64,000 nucleotides of DNA from Sedimentisphaerales bacterium (GCA_963708075.1 OY970194.1:5760001-5824000), one strand, 5' to 3'; shown: positions 32,055 to 42,034, counted from the first letter of the stretch. The notes: a model not told the origin generated them from the letters alone. Program-made: numbers and translations.

Positions 32055-32130
32055 AGCACCAGATTATCCATTTCCCGCAAAACTGCAAGGCGAACCTACG
32101 ACGGGCCACTTGCGCGTACAATGTAGTGCT

Positions 32131-32220
32131 GGGTGGCAGCGTCAAGCGCAGCTTGGCGATGGCGTTAGTCGTACACGGAGAAACCAATCGCCAAGGCCTT
32201 CAGCCTTGACAATGCCACCC
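32131..32220. repeat. REPIN-like family A copy, left flank of zinc-ribbon gene
   Basis: First 33 nt identical to the copy at 34773. Confidence 0.88.
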
Positions 32221-32253
32221 GGCAAGTTCCATGATTACTGTACGACGGGCCTG

Positions 32254-34603
32254 CTACTGCGGGTTCGCGGTGTAACGCTCGTATTCGGCGCGGGTATCCA
32301 CCAGTTCGAGGTCGCCGCCGCCCCAGGGGTTCTCGCCGGTGAAGTTGGTCGTGTTGTACGCGGGGCTGTCGATCCTGCCCTCGGTGCCCTGAATTCCCCA
32401 GGAATCCGTCTGGTAGACTCGCGCCCCTTCGTTTTCCGCGACCCAGGTGCCCTGGCCGAGCGTGGTCTGGCTCCACATCTGGCTGGTGTAGTCACGGCTG
32501 CGGCTGGCGTTCTGCAGGCTGTCCATGTAGCCGTCGAACGCCTGATTCGACTCGGAAATCGATCTCTGCAGATTGCGGTTCGCTTGTTGCTGGCGGACTG
32601 CACGACCCTGCATTTCCTGGCCCATCCATTGCTGGTTGATTTGCAGCGCCTTTTCGAGCCGCACATACAGGGGCAGCCACTCATCATACTCGTTCTCGGG
32701 CGCCCAACTGCCGGCTACGGAGACCGACCAGACCGGACTCATGGATATGCTTGTGCACTGGACGGAGAACAACCCGCGCAGCGTCGTTCCCGTGGGGACG
32801 TTCTTGAACTTGGCGTGGATCAGGCGTGTATCGACCTGACAGCCCTGGGCGCGCATTTGCTGGGCTGCCTGCGCGAGCTCCGGTGACATCTGCTCCGCCG
32901 GACACTCGCTGAGAACCTGCACCTCCCGGCTGGTTTGACCGGACTCCAGCACGAGACTCAGCGCCCTCGCCGGCGGCTGGTAGGGCGCATTGATGGCGCC
33001 CGGAACCGCAAACTGCGTCGGGATGATTGTATGCATCACGAAGGCCATGCCGTGCGTGCGGGTCTGGGGATTGTCAACGCAGATGAATTGCGTCTTCTGA
33101 CCCTCGATATTCCACCCCTGCGGGATTTGCAGGGTCAGGGATTGGTCTGCCAGCGCGGCCGGCTGGAGCGGAACCTGCCTGCCGGGCCGCTGGGCGGCCT
33201 GCTGGATCATGGCCGCCGGTGAGAGAGTCGATCCACCGGCGACGGGCGTCTGGTTCGCAAGCTGACGGCTTTGCTGAATCACGTTCACCGCTCCTTGCGG
33301 CGCGTACGCCAGATTCGCCGCAATCGCTGTCAGCGTGGGACGAAGCTCGTTCCACATCTGGGCCTTGGCCAGCAGAAGGTAGATAGTCCCCATGTTCTGC
33401 GTGTAGAAGAAGTAGCTGCGCCCGATGCCCACCTCTCCATCTGCCATCAGTGTCACGTCCGCAATCGTGCGTCCCCGGTCGGGCGTCGAATTCACATTGG
33501 TCGCCTGCAGAGTCGGGAACTCTTCCTGCAAGGCCGCAAGGCACTTGGCTGCCAACACGACGGAGTCTTTGATCTCTTCGCTCACCTGAAGCGTCATGAA
33601 CAGGGCGACGGCGTTCTCCTGCGGCTCCGTCACGACGACCGCGTAGGTGCCCTGGCCGAACATGCTGCCCTCGGTCACTTTCCAGTCTTTCGGCCTGAAG
33701 AGCAGTACCTTGCCGTCCGGAGACTGGTATTTCTCCAGGGCCGGCTGATCGGCGGCAACGGGTGCCACTGGTGGATTCTGTTCGGCCGCCGCAGGCGCTG
33801 CGATCTTCTCGCCGCACGCGGGACAGAATTTGGCGCCCGCCGGGAGTTTGGTGTTGCACTTGGGACAATTCGTCGGTGCTGTCAGTTCGGGGAGCTTGGC
33901 GCCGCATTGCGGGCAGAACTTCGCGCCTGCATCTGCCGGCGCGCCGCACTGGGGACAGCGGATCTTCCCGGCGGCGTTCGGTCCTGACGTAAGCGCCGGC
34001 TCCTGCGCCGGCGACCTCTGTGCAGGTCTGACATTCGTCGAGGCAAGTGTGGCGGTCAACTCCTGCCCACCCGCCTGCATTTGCTGACGCACCGGCCCGA
34101 TTCCCTCCGCATAGCAGGTGATCGAGACCATCGGTGGTTGGCCGGGCATGGTGGTCGCCGTCGAACGGACCTTGATACAATCGAACGTGCCCGCGGGCGT
34201 CTCGATCCGTTCCTTGCCGGCCGACTCGAAGTTCGTGGTCACGGACATGCCGAACTGGTCCACCGTGGAGGTCCACGTGTCGCCCTCCCGGTAGGGCAGC
34301 TTGACGCGCATCACCGGCGGGTCGTAGCGGAATTCCTGCCCCTGCGCCTGGCCCATGTAGGTCTTGAGCCCTTGGGCATCGGCGGCAAGATACTCCCGGC
34401 TGATTTGTCCGCCCATGTTCGTCTCGGCAATCGCACAGCGGACCGCCCCGACGTCGGCGAACCCGGAGATCGTCGTGGTGATCTGCGCCATTGGACATGG
34501 TGTAGGTCCACTGATTCCCTTCCTGGAGCGGAAGCAAGTCCGCTGCCGCGGCCATCGAAATGGAGAGAATCGACAAAGCTGCCCCAATTCCCATCGTGCT
34601 CAT
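32254..34603 (-). CDS. Secreted multidomain protein with tandem zinc ribbons, apparent 2-bp frameshift near 34490
   Basis: GGAGG RBS, signal peptide MSTMGIGAALSILSISMAAAA; CPQCG/CPQCG/CPKCN/CPACG knuckles. Confidence 0.75.
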
Positions 34604-34772
34604 GCTGCCCTCCAGATAAACCATGATAAGAGACGTCCGTTTGCCGAATTGTGTCACACTGCCACACGCATGATAGAAGGCGGGCGAATACCCGTCAAGA
34701 CCAAACCACATCACATCTGGCCGCTGGCCGGGGTGTACGACAAGATTGTGGCAGAGCGAGGATGAGACTCTT

Positions 34773-34861
34773 GGGTGGCAGCGTCAAGCGCAGCTTGGCG
34801 ATGGCCTGCCTCGGACGCAGCATAACCATCGCCAAGGCCTTCGGCCTTGACGCTGCCACCC
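34773..34861. repeat. REPIN-like family A copy, right flank of zinc-ribbon gene
   Basis: Same orientation as 32131-32220; conserved arms, different central loop. Confidence 0.88.
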
Positions 34862-34968
34862 GGATCGAGTGCCACTTTCTTGTCGTGCACCCTCTGGCCG
34901 AGGGCTCAGGGCAGGCAAAGTGCGGCTGCGGAAAGGTGCTCGCGGCACAGAGTGAAAAGTGTGGGAAT

Positions 34969-35598
34969 TCAGGCTTCGACGCCTTGCTTGAGACGATAGA
35001 CAAGCGGGACGAGGGCTTCGGCGGTCTGGACATCCGGGTGTTTGCGCTCGGCCAGCTCGATCAGCTCCATCGCCTCGTTGCGTTTCTCGCCCCAGGCGAC
35101 GAGGATCTCCAGCGCCTCGGCCTGGTACGGTTTGAATCGCGTCTGAGCAGCCCGGGCCGGCTCGGCCCCGATGGCGAATCCCTGGAGCTTGCCCTTGAGC
35201 TCGGCGACGACCTGCTGAGCCATCCGCCGCCCGATGGACGGCAGCGTCATCAGCATTTTTTCGTCGCCCGCTTCCACGGCGGCGGCAATGTCCGCAATCG
35301 GGATACTCAACGCGCGCAAGCCCTTGCGGACGCCAAGGCCCTTGACACTGATGAACGTGGTGAAGAACTCCCGCTCGGCCGGACTGAGAAAGCCGACCAT
35401 GCGAGGGACGAGGTTCCCTCCGCCCAGGCTGCCCTCGTAATACTCCATCGTGCACAGCGCGATATCCGAGCCGATCAGGCCCGACAAGGCACTGACGCAA
35501 TAGCCGGGCAGCATGACTTCATAGGTGATTGCCCCGACTTGGATCAGGGCGGTTTCCGTATCTAGCTTAACGAGTTTTCCTTCGATTCCTGCAATCAT
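34969..35598 (-). CDS. ruvA: Holliday junction DNA-binding protein RuvA
   Basis: MIAGIEGKL, SVKGLGVRKGL and TLPSIGRRMAQ HhH motifs; ruv cluster context. Confidence 0.92.
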   Translation of the reverse strand: MIAGIEGKLVKLDTETALIQVGAITYEVMLPGYCVSALSGLIGSDIALCTMEYYEGSLGGGNLVPRMVGFLSPAEREFFTTFISVKGLGVRKGLRALSIPIADIAAAVEAGDEKMLMTLPSIGRRMAQQVVAELKGKLQGFAIGAEPARAAQTRFKPYQAEALEILVAWGEKRNEAMELIELAERKHPDVQTAEALVPLVYRLKQGVEA

Positions 35599-35655
35599 CA
35601 GGCGTATCTCACCTTCTGGGTACTCCAGCATGTCCGGGAACGTTCGCCGTCGGGA

Positions 35656-35853
35656 TCAGGTCGCTGCCAACTGGTAGGTGAATTCTGTGACGTTCATCTG
35701 CTCTTTGGCATGCTCGATCGTCATACTTACCAATCGGCCCTGTGCATCCAGCTCCACCAAGATGTTCTCGGTCAAGTCCCGCGTCTCGACGATCTTTCGG
35801 TCGCTGAAACTCACCAGAAGGGTATCGGTGTCCGGAAAGTACTTAATGTTCAT
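35656..35853 (-). CDS. DUF2283-like putative antitoxin
   Basis: MNIKYFPDTDTLLV...ILVELDAQGRLVSMTIEHA. Confidence 0.75.
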   Translation of the reverse strand: MNIKYFPDTDTLLVSFSDRKIVETRDLTENILVELDAQGRLVSMTIEHAKEQMNVTEFTYQLAAT

Positions 35854-36100
35854 CGTTCACCTCATGGAATGACCGGTCAAAGAATGCGTTATGAACGGTC
35901 TGGCCGTCTTCCAACAGTACGACGCGTAACACTCTGCCGCCCGCCTCAGGAATCCTGGCCCATCGCCGGATTCTCCCATCGGCTTGTACATACTCCTTGA
36001 TCGGTCTGGCTACGGCGCACTCGATCCAATCCAATTGAATACCCTTGCGATCCTCGCGGCTGCGAACGTGCAGAAAATATTGTGTGAACTTCAGCGACAT
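35843..36100 (-). CDS. DUF4258/RelE-like putative toxin
   Basis: QADGRIRRW, LRVVLLEDGQTVHNAFFDR; overlaps the DUF2283-like gene. Confidence 0.7.
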   Translation of the reverse strand: MSLKFTQYFLHVRSREDRKGIQLDWIECAVARPIKEYVQADGRIRRWARIPEAGGRVLRVVLLEDGQTVHNAFFDRSFHEVNDEH

Positions 36101-36104
36101 ACGG

Positions 36105-36593
36105 TTACGTCGGCACAGCTCTCTGCATGGAATTCGCACAGCAAAGGGCGACGGCCATGGCGTCGGCCACGTCGGGCGGCTTGGGCAACTCGCTCATGCC
36201 GAGAAAGGTCTGCATGGTCCTTTGCATCTGTTCCTTCGAGGCCCTGCCGCTGCCCGTGATCGACTTCTTGATCCGGGTGGCGGCAAAGCTCTTCACTTCG
36301 ACCCGCGCCCGGGCACACTTCTGAAGTATAACGCCGCGGGCGTGGCCCATCAAGATCGCCGTGCGCGGATGCGCGTAATGCGAGTACAACTCCTCGACCG
36401 CCACGACATCCGGGGAGAACCGGTCGAGGATCGTCTCAATGTCCTCGGCGATCTGGTTCAGCCGGGCTTCAAGGGGCAGGTCCTCCGTCGTCTTGAAGAC
36501 GCCGGCTTCCACGATAACCTCCCGGTTGCCGTCGGTCTCCAAACAGGCATAGCCGCAGACTTGCAGACCCGGGTCAATACCGAGAACTCGCAT
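36105..36593 (-). CDS. ruvC: Crossover junction endodeoxyribonuclease RuvC
   Basis: VLGIDPG, AVEE, GSGRASKEQM, DVADAMAVA. Confidence 0.96.
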   Translation of the reverse strand: MRVLGIDPGLQVCGYACLETDGNREVIVEAGVFKTTEDLPLEARLNQIAEDIETILDRFSPDVVAVEELYSHYAHPRTAILMGHARGVILQKCARARVEVKSFAATRIKKSITGSGRASKEQMQRTMQTFLGMSELPKPPDVADAMAVALCCANSMQRAVPT

Positions 36594-36693
36594 GGAATTT
36601 GCGACGGACGATTTACGATTTACTGCTGAATCGGCCATCAACCGGCGACTCTCCCAAAATCATAAATCGTAAATCGCAAATCGTAGATGTCAA

Positions 36694-38172
36694 TCACTTC
36701 CACCTCCATTTCGTGCCCTCGGGTGTGTCTTCGAGCACGATCCCGGCTTCCTCCAGCTTTGCCCGGACGGCGTCGGCCCTGGCGAAATCCTTGGCCTTTC
36801 GAGCCTCCGCCCGCTGGGCGATCAGGATGCCGACCAGCTTGTCGATCGCCGCCTCATCCACGCCGGCGGCTCTCGTATCCTCCTCGACCACGACGCCCAG
36901 GACCTCGCCGCCGAGCTGGGTGAACATCTGGTTGACGGCGGCAAGCGTCTCCCTCGCCGCTTTCCTGTTTTCGAGCAGACTGTTCGCCAGTCGCACCAGG
37001 TCAAACAGCACGGATAGAGCAATCGAGGTGTTCAGATCGTCGTTCATGGCCTGTTCGAATTTGGCCTTGGCCTGATCGAGCTGCGCGAGGACACCCTTGT
37101 CTGCATCGCCTTGCGGCGCTGAGTCGATCTGCTTTCGCAAGGCCCGGACGGCCTCGCTGATCTTCTGATGGCCGCTGTGGGCGGCGAACAGGGCGGCGTC
37201 GGAGAAGTCCAGCGGGCTGCGATAGTGGCTGTTCAGGACGAGCTGCCGGACCGCCAGCGGCTCGTATGCCCGCGTCAGTCGCTCGTGATCTCCCACGAAA
37301 ACCTGCTTGAGCGTGATGAAGTTGCCCAGGCTCTTGCCCATCTTCTGGCCGTCCACGGTGACCATATTGTTGTGCACCCAGTAGCGGACGAATGACACGC
37401 CGTGGGCGGCCTCGGACTGGGCGATCTCGCACTCGTGGTGCGGGAATTTGTTCTCCATGCCGCCGCCGTGAATGTCGAAAGGCTGGCCCAGATACTTCGT
37501 GCTCATGGCCGAGCATTCGAGGTGCCAGCCGGGATAGCCCATCCCCCAGGGGCTGGGCCATTGCATGATGTGGTTTGGCTCGGCCTTCTTCCACAGCGCG
37601 AAATCGACAGGATTCCTCTTCTCCTGCGAGACCTCGACGCGAGCGCCGGCCATCATCTCCTCGGTGTTGCGGCCGGAGAGCTTGCCGTACCCGGGGAACT
37701 TCGAGACATCGAAGTACACGGAGCCGTTCACCTCGTAGGCGAAGCCCTTGGCCAGCAGGGTCTTGACCAGCTCGATCTGCTCGATGATGTGGCCGCTGGC
37801 CCGCGGGCTGATGTCCGGCCGGACGCAATTGAGCTTGTCCATGTCCTCGAAGTAGCTGCGCGTGTAGTACTCCGCCAGGGCCATCGGGTGCTTTCGCTCC
37901 TTCACGGCCGCCTTGGCGATCTTGTCCTCGCCCGCATCGGCGTCGTCGGTCAGGTGCCCCACGTCCGTGATATTCTGCACGTACGTGACGCTGTAGCCGA
38001 GGTACCGCAGATATCGCACGAGCACATCGAAGCTGACGTAGCTCTTGGCATGGCCCAGGTGCGCGTGCCCATACACCGTCGGTCCGCAGACATAGACCCC
38101 GATCCGCTTCTCCGCCAGCGGCACAAACTCCTCCGTCCGCCTGGTCAGACTATTATAAAGTTGTAGCCCCAT
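36694..38172 (-). CDS. cysS: Cysteine--tRNA ligase
   Basis: YVCGPTVY, HLGH, DFALWK, PGWHLECS, KMGKS. Confidence 0.98.
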   Translation of the reverse strand: MGLQLYNSLTRRTEEFVPLAEKRIGVYVCGPTVYGHAHLGHAKSYVSFDVLVRYLRYLGYSVTYVQNITDVGHLTDDADAGEDKIAKAAVKERKHPMALAEYYTRSYFEDMDKLNCVRPDISPRASGHIIEQIELVKTLLAKGFAYEVNGSVYFDVSKFPGYGKLSGRNTEEMMAGARVEVSQEKRNPVDFALWKKAEPNHIMQWPSPWGMGYPGWHLECSAMSTKYLGQPFDIHGGGMENKFPHHECEIAQSEAAHGVSFVRYWVHNNMVTVDGQKMGKSLGNFITLKQVFVGDHERLTRAYEPLAVRQLVLNSHYRSPLDFSDAALFAAHSGHQKISEAVRALRKQIDSAPQGDADKGVLAQLDQAKAKFEQAMNDDLNTSIALSVLFDLVRLANSLLENRKAARETLAAVNQMFTQLGGEVLGVVVEEDTRAAGVDEAAIDKLVGILIAQRAEARKAKDFARADAVRAKLEEAGIVLEDTPEGTKWRWK

Positions 38173-38211
38173 ATGGTCCTTTGACACATATCAATTGATC
38201 AGACACGGAAA

Positions 38212-38616
38212 TCACTGGTTACTTTCACCGGCCAGGCTATGTCCTATCTGGTCATAAATACTCCTGGCAACTTCGAAGAACTCCCGTACATCCGCAAGCG
38301 TTGGTTTGCCGGCGGGAAGCAGACCCAATTCGCCGGGGTACCTGGCCTCGATGTAGAGATCATCCAGATCAGTCAGAACACTTATATCTACGGTCACTGA
38401 AGTCAACTCTTTGACCAAGCCGTACAGCCTTAGCGTCGAGTGGTCCTTCGGCACCTTCTTCAAATGTTCTTCGAGGACGGCCTTGAAACATTTCTCGACG
38501 CATTGTTGAGCGTGAAAGGCAGCGACGGGGGTCAGATGCTCCAGATCGATGATTTGGGCGATGTTGTCAAGGTCCATTTCCGCGGATTTCAGCCACTCAG
38601 CAGTTGCCTTCTTCAT
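38212..38616 (-). CDS. HEPN domain protein (MNT-HEPN pair)
   Basis: FHAQQCVEKCFKA, YIEARYPG. Confidence 0.85.
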   Translation of the reverse strand: MKKATAEWLKSAEMDLDNIAQIIDLEHLTPVAAFHAQQCVEKCFKAVLEEHLKKVPKDHSTLRLYGLVKELTSVTVDISVLTDLDDLYIEARYPGELGLLPAGKPTLADVREFFEVARSIYDQIGHSLAGESNQ

Positions 38617-38960
38617 AGTAGTCGTGTCCCCTCGCTCATGATTTGGCGGGCAAAGCTGCTGCCTCTCTTGATGAACTCGCGGTGCATGGGACGGGTGTGC
38701 ACCAGCAGATCGATAGGGAAGCGCATCCGCAGGTCAAGGATTCGATCAGAGACGTTCCGGACGATGTCGCGTTTCTGCCGCCACGTGGAGGGCACAAAAT
38801 CGTCCTGCGTTACGACATAGAGATCGATATCACTGTCTTCCCCCGGATGCCCCCACGCATAGCTACCGAAGAGAATCACCGTTTCAGGGTGCAACGGCTT
38901 CAGCGCCTCGCTGATCTGAATTCGCAGTTCATCCGAGAGTTTTGTGGCGTCTCTGATCAT
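38613..38960 (-). CDS. Minimal nucleotidyltransferase (MNT)
   Basis: LFGSYAWG...DSDIDL; ATGA-coupled to the HEPN gene. Confidence 0.88.
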   Translation of the reverse strand: MIRDATKLSDELRIQISEALKPLHPETVILFGSYAWGHPGEDSDIDLYVVTQDDFVPSTWRQKRDIVRNVSDRILDLRMRFPIDLLVHTRPMHREFIKRGSSFARQIMSEGTRLL

Positions 38961-39036
38961 GGATGTATCTTACCGATGAAATCGCGGTCGGTCAACCACC
39001 GTGCGGGCTGCGTCGGGTTCTCCGCCGGCGTGTGGA

Positions 39037-39552
39037 CTATAACGTCCGGCGGGGCTTCTTGCGGAGCAGGGCGATGGCGGTGGCGGCCATGGCGTCGCCG
39101 GCGCCGATCTCGCCGAGACCCTCGTTGGTCTTGGCCTTGACATTGACCGCCTGAAAGTCCATGCCCAGCAGCCCCGCAATGCACCGGCGGATCTGGCCCT
39201 TCAGCGGGCCCAGCTTCGGGGCCTCCGCGTGGATCGTCAGGTCCACGTTCACCACCTCCCATTGCTTCTTGTCGAGTTGCTCCTTGACCGTGTACAGGAA
39301 GATCTTGCTGTCGGCGTCCTTCCACTGCACGTCGGTGTCGGGGAACAGGGTCCCAATATCGCCCATGCCCGCGGCCCCGAGCAGGGCATCGACGATGGCG
39401 TGGAGGGCCACGTCGCCGTCGCTGTGGCCGAGCAAGCCCGCCGGATACGGGATGTGGACGCCGCCCAGCATGAGCTTTCGGCCTTCGACCATCCGGTGGA
39501 TGTCGTTGCCGATGCCGACCCGGTATTCCGCTGGCTTGAATTCCTCGATCAC
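39037..39552 (-). CDS. ispF: 2-C-methyl-D-erythritol 2,4-cyclodiphosphate synthase
   Basis: RVGIGNDIH, GHSDGDVALHA, GDIGTLFPDTD, VKAKTNE. Confidence 0.96.
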   Translation of the reverse strand: MIEEFKPAEYRVGIGNDIHRMVEGRKLMLGGVHIPYPAGLLGHSDGDVALHAIVDALLGAAGMGDIGTLFPDTDVQWKDADSKIFLYTVKEQLDKKQWEVVNVDLTIHAEAPKLGPLKGQIRRCIAGLLGMDFQAVNVKAKTNEGLGEIGAGDAMAATAIALLRKKPRRTL

Positions 39553-40139
39553 AACTGCCCCTTTGTGCTGGGGATCTCCGTTCCGACGATTCGCACGGCC
39601 GCCGCCATCGCTTGGCCGAGGGCCTTGAAAATCGCCTCGGCGATGTGATGGTTGTTCGTGCCGTATGGGACGTTCACGTGCAGGTTGAACTTGCCGCTGT
39701 TCGAGAACGCCCGCAGGAATTCCTCGATGCACTCGACATCGAAATCGCCGATCTTGCCCGAGCGGTACTCGACGTTATAAACGCACACCGGCCGGCCGGA
39801 CAAATCCAGCGAGATATTGGCCAATGCGTCCTCCATCGGCACGGAGCTGTGACCGTAGCGGGCGATGCCCTTCTTATCGCCGACCGCCTCGACCAGGCAG
39901 TCGCCCAGGCAGATGCCGATGTCCTCGGTCGTGTGGTGCGCGTCGATGTGCAGGTCGCCTTTGGCCTTGACCACCAGGTCGATCTTGCCGTGCTTGCTCA
40001 GATGGGTGAGCATGTGGTCGAGGAACCCGACGCCGGTATCGATCTCGTACGTGCCCACGCCGTCGAGGTTGAGCTCGCAGCGAATGTCGGTTTCTTTCGT
40101 CTGCCTGTGCATTTCCGCTGTGCGATTTTCCATTTTCAT
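39549..40139 (-). CDS. hisB: Imidazoleglycerol-phosphate dehydratase
   Basis: RQTKETDI, FLDHML, DAHHTTED, NNHHIAEAIFKA. Confidence 0.97.
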   Translation of the reverse strand: MKMENRTAEMHRQTKETDIRCELNLDGVGTYEIDTGVGFLDHMLTHLSKHGKIDLVVKAKGDLHIDAHHTTEDIGICLGDCLVEAVGDKKGIARYGHSSVPMEDALANISLDLSGRPVCVYNVEYRSGKIGDFDVECIEEFLRAFSNSGKFNLHVNVPYGTNNHHIAEAIFKALGQAMAAAVRIVGTEIPSTKGQL

Positions 40140-40249
40140 GCGTCCAAGCCGTAGACTCTTTACTTTTCAGATCATCGATATCCATCCGGGTGGCAGCGTC
40201 AAGGCCGCAGGCCTTGGCGATGGGTCCGCCGCGAGTGCCTTCACTCTAC

Positions 40250-41326
40250 TCATGATTTCTCCCCGCCACTCGACAGGATTTCCTTCAGGGCCTCGATCAA
40301 CTTCTCATTCTGCTCTTTCGTGCCGACGCTGATTCGCAGCTTATCGCTGATCCCCGGGGCGTTCCAGTACCGGACAAAGATACTGCGCTGAGCCAGTAAT
40401 TCCTGGATGCGTGCCGCCTGTACGGGCGAAACATCTTTCGTCCGCACCTGGGCAAAGACGAAGTTGGATTGGCTGTCGCCGACGACAAAGCCAAGCGCTC
40501 GCAGCCGTTCTGTGAGCACTCGGCGCTCCTGCTTGATCTTCTCCACGTTCTCGCGGAAATACGCCTGGTCCTTGATCGCGGCCGTGGCCAGGGCAATCGC
40601 GACGGCATCGACGTTGTACGAGTCCTTCACCTTGACGAGGCCGTCAATCAGGTCCTTGTGCGCGATTGCATAGCCGAACCGCAGCCCGGCCAGCGAATAG
40701 CCCTTGCTCAGCGACCGCAACACGATCACGTTATCAAAGTTCCGCGTGAGCGACACGCAATTGAACTCCGCGAAATCAGCATACGCCTCGTCGATGAGCA
40801 AGACCCCGCGAAGCTCCGCGGCCAGCGACGCCAGTTCCGCGGCAGGCACGCACGTCCCGGTCGGTGCGTTCGGATTGCACACGATGGTCAGCGCCGCCCC
40901 CGTCTGGGTGAGCGACGCCGGCAGATTGAACTCCTCGTCGAATTCGACCTCGATGGCATCGCAGTTCTCCAGCTTCGCCAGCACCGGATACAGCGAATAC
41001 GTCGGCACAGGGTACGCCAGCGGCCGTTTCTCGTCGCAGAAGGCCCGCACGGCGATGGACAGCAGGTCGTCGCCGCCGTTGCAGCACATGATATTGTCCG
41101 GCGTCACGTCGTGCAGGTCGGCCGCCGCCTCGCGAAAGGAAGTCCCCAGCGGGTCCGGATACCGCCGAAGCTGTTCCGGCCGAATTGCGGCCAGCGCCTC
41201 CATCACCCGCGGCGACGGTGGATACGGGTTCTCATTCGTATTGAGCTTGACCACCTCCGCCGCCTTCGGCTGAAACCCCGGCGTATACCCCGCCGCCCGC
41301 TCCACATTGTCACGAAAATAACTCAC
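40250..41326 (-). CDS. hisC: Histidinol-phosphate aminotransferase
   Basis: KLNTNENPYPPS, NPNAPTG, DEAY, RSLSKGYSLAGLRFG; GTG start with GGAG RBS. Confidence 0.95.
   Translation of the reverse strand: MSYFRDNVERAAGYTPGFQPKAAEVVKLNTNENPYPPSPRVMEALAAIRPEQLRRYPDPLGTSFREAAADLHDVTPDNIMCCNGGDDLLSIAVRAFCDEKRPLAYPVPTYSLYPVLAKLENCDAIEVEFDEEFNLPASLTQTGAALTIVCNPNAPTGTCVPAAELASLAAELRGVLLIDEAYADFAEFNCVSLTRNFDNVIVLRSLSKGYSLAGLRFGYAIAHKDLIDGLVKVKDSYNVDAVAIALATAAIKDQAYFRENVEKIKQERRVLTERLRALGFVVGDSQSNFVFAQVRTKDVSPVQAARIQELLAQRSIFVRYWNAPGISDKLRISVGTKEQNEKLIEALKEILSSGGEKS
40420..40447. repeat. REP-like palindrome in-frame within hisC
   Basis: GTACGGGCGAAACATCTTTCGTCCGCAC; related to GGGCGAATGATGATTCGCCCCTAC at ~44545-44568. 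Confidence 0.55.
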
Positions 41327-41443
41327 GGATTTCTCCAACAAACCTGTTCGTGCGGTGATTATACGGGCAACCGGACGCAAATCAAAGCAGTATCGCCTTC
41401 GGCATGCCTTCCGGGTGGCGAGCCGGAACGATTGCCGACTGGA

Positions 41444-41472
41444 TTGCCCACGCGTGGGCAACGTAGTATAAT
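41444..41472 (+). promoter_or_regulatory. hicBA promoter with overlapping perfect palindrome
   Basis: TTGCCC-N17-TATAAT; TTGCCCACGCGTGGGCAA at 41444-41461. Confidence 0.7.
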
Positions 41473-41490
41473 AGGGTTAAAGGGTAGCCT

Positions 41491-41691
41491 ATGAAAATTG
41501 AGATCGAACGAGAAGACGATGGCCGGTGGATAGCCGAGGTGCCGGACCTGCCCGGCGTCTTGGTTTACGGCAAGAGCAAAGAGGAAGCGATTTCCAGAGT
41601 CAAGGCGCTGGCCTTGCGTGTCCTGGCGGACCGCCTTGACAATGGTGAGGAAATCCCGGAGCTCCGTGCCGTCTTCGCGATATCCGCATGA
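41491..41691 (+). CDS. hicB: HicB family antitoxin
   Basis: EREDDGRWIAEVPDLPGVLVYG. Confidence 0.88.
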   Translation: MKIEIEREDDGRWIAEVPDLPGVLVYGKSKEEAISRVKALALRVLADRLDNGEEIPELRAVFAISA

Positions 41692-41903
41692 GTCAGTGGC
41701 CATCAACGAGAGCACGCTTGGTGCTTGCCGCCCTTCTGCACATCGGGTGGGTCGTCAAACGCCAGTCGGGTACGTCGCACCGAGTGCTTAGCCGCCCGGG
41801 CTGGCCTGACGTTGTTTTTGCATTTCATGATCGTGACGAGATCGGTCCACAGATGCTGTCACGAATAGCCAAACACACGGGTCTGAAGCCCGACGACCTG
41901 TGA
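41688..41903 (+). CDS. hicA: HicA family toxin
   Basis: GWVVKRQSGTSHRVL, FAFHD..EIGPQML; ATGA-coupled. Confidence 0.88.
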   Translation: MSQWPSTRARLVLAALLHIGWVVKRQSGTSHRVLSRPGWPDVVFAFHDRDEIGPQMLSRIAKHTGLKPDDL

Positions 41904-42034
41904 TAGCAGAGCCAGAGGCAGGACCTGACCTCAGCGTCTGTGAAAGCAGTGACATCTATGAACGCTACACTCAATTCCTGACCGAATAAGTAAGGCGTCC
42001 CGGAATTCCCCAGTTCCGCCCCCGGGACTCCCCG

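Noticed and set aside
33074..34714. 546-aa ORF as an independent gene
   Set aside because: Only its segment from 34603 to ~34490 is protein-like; it is the frameshifted N-terminus of the zinc-ribbon gene
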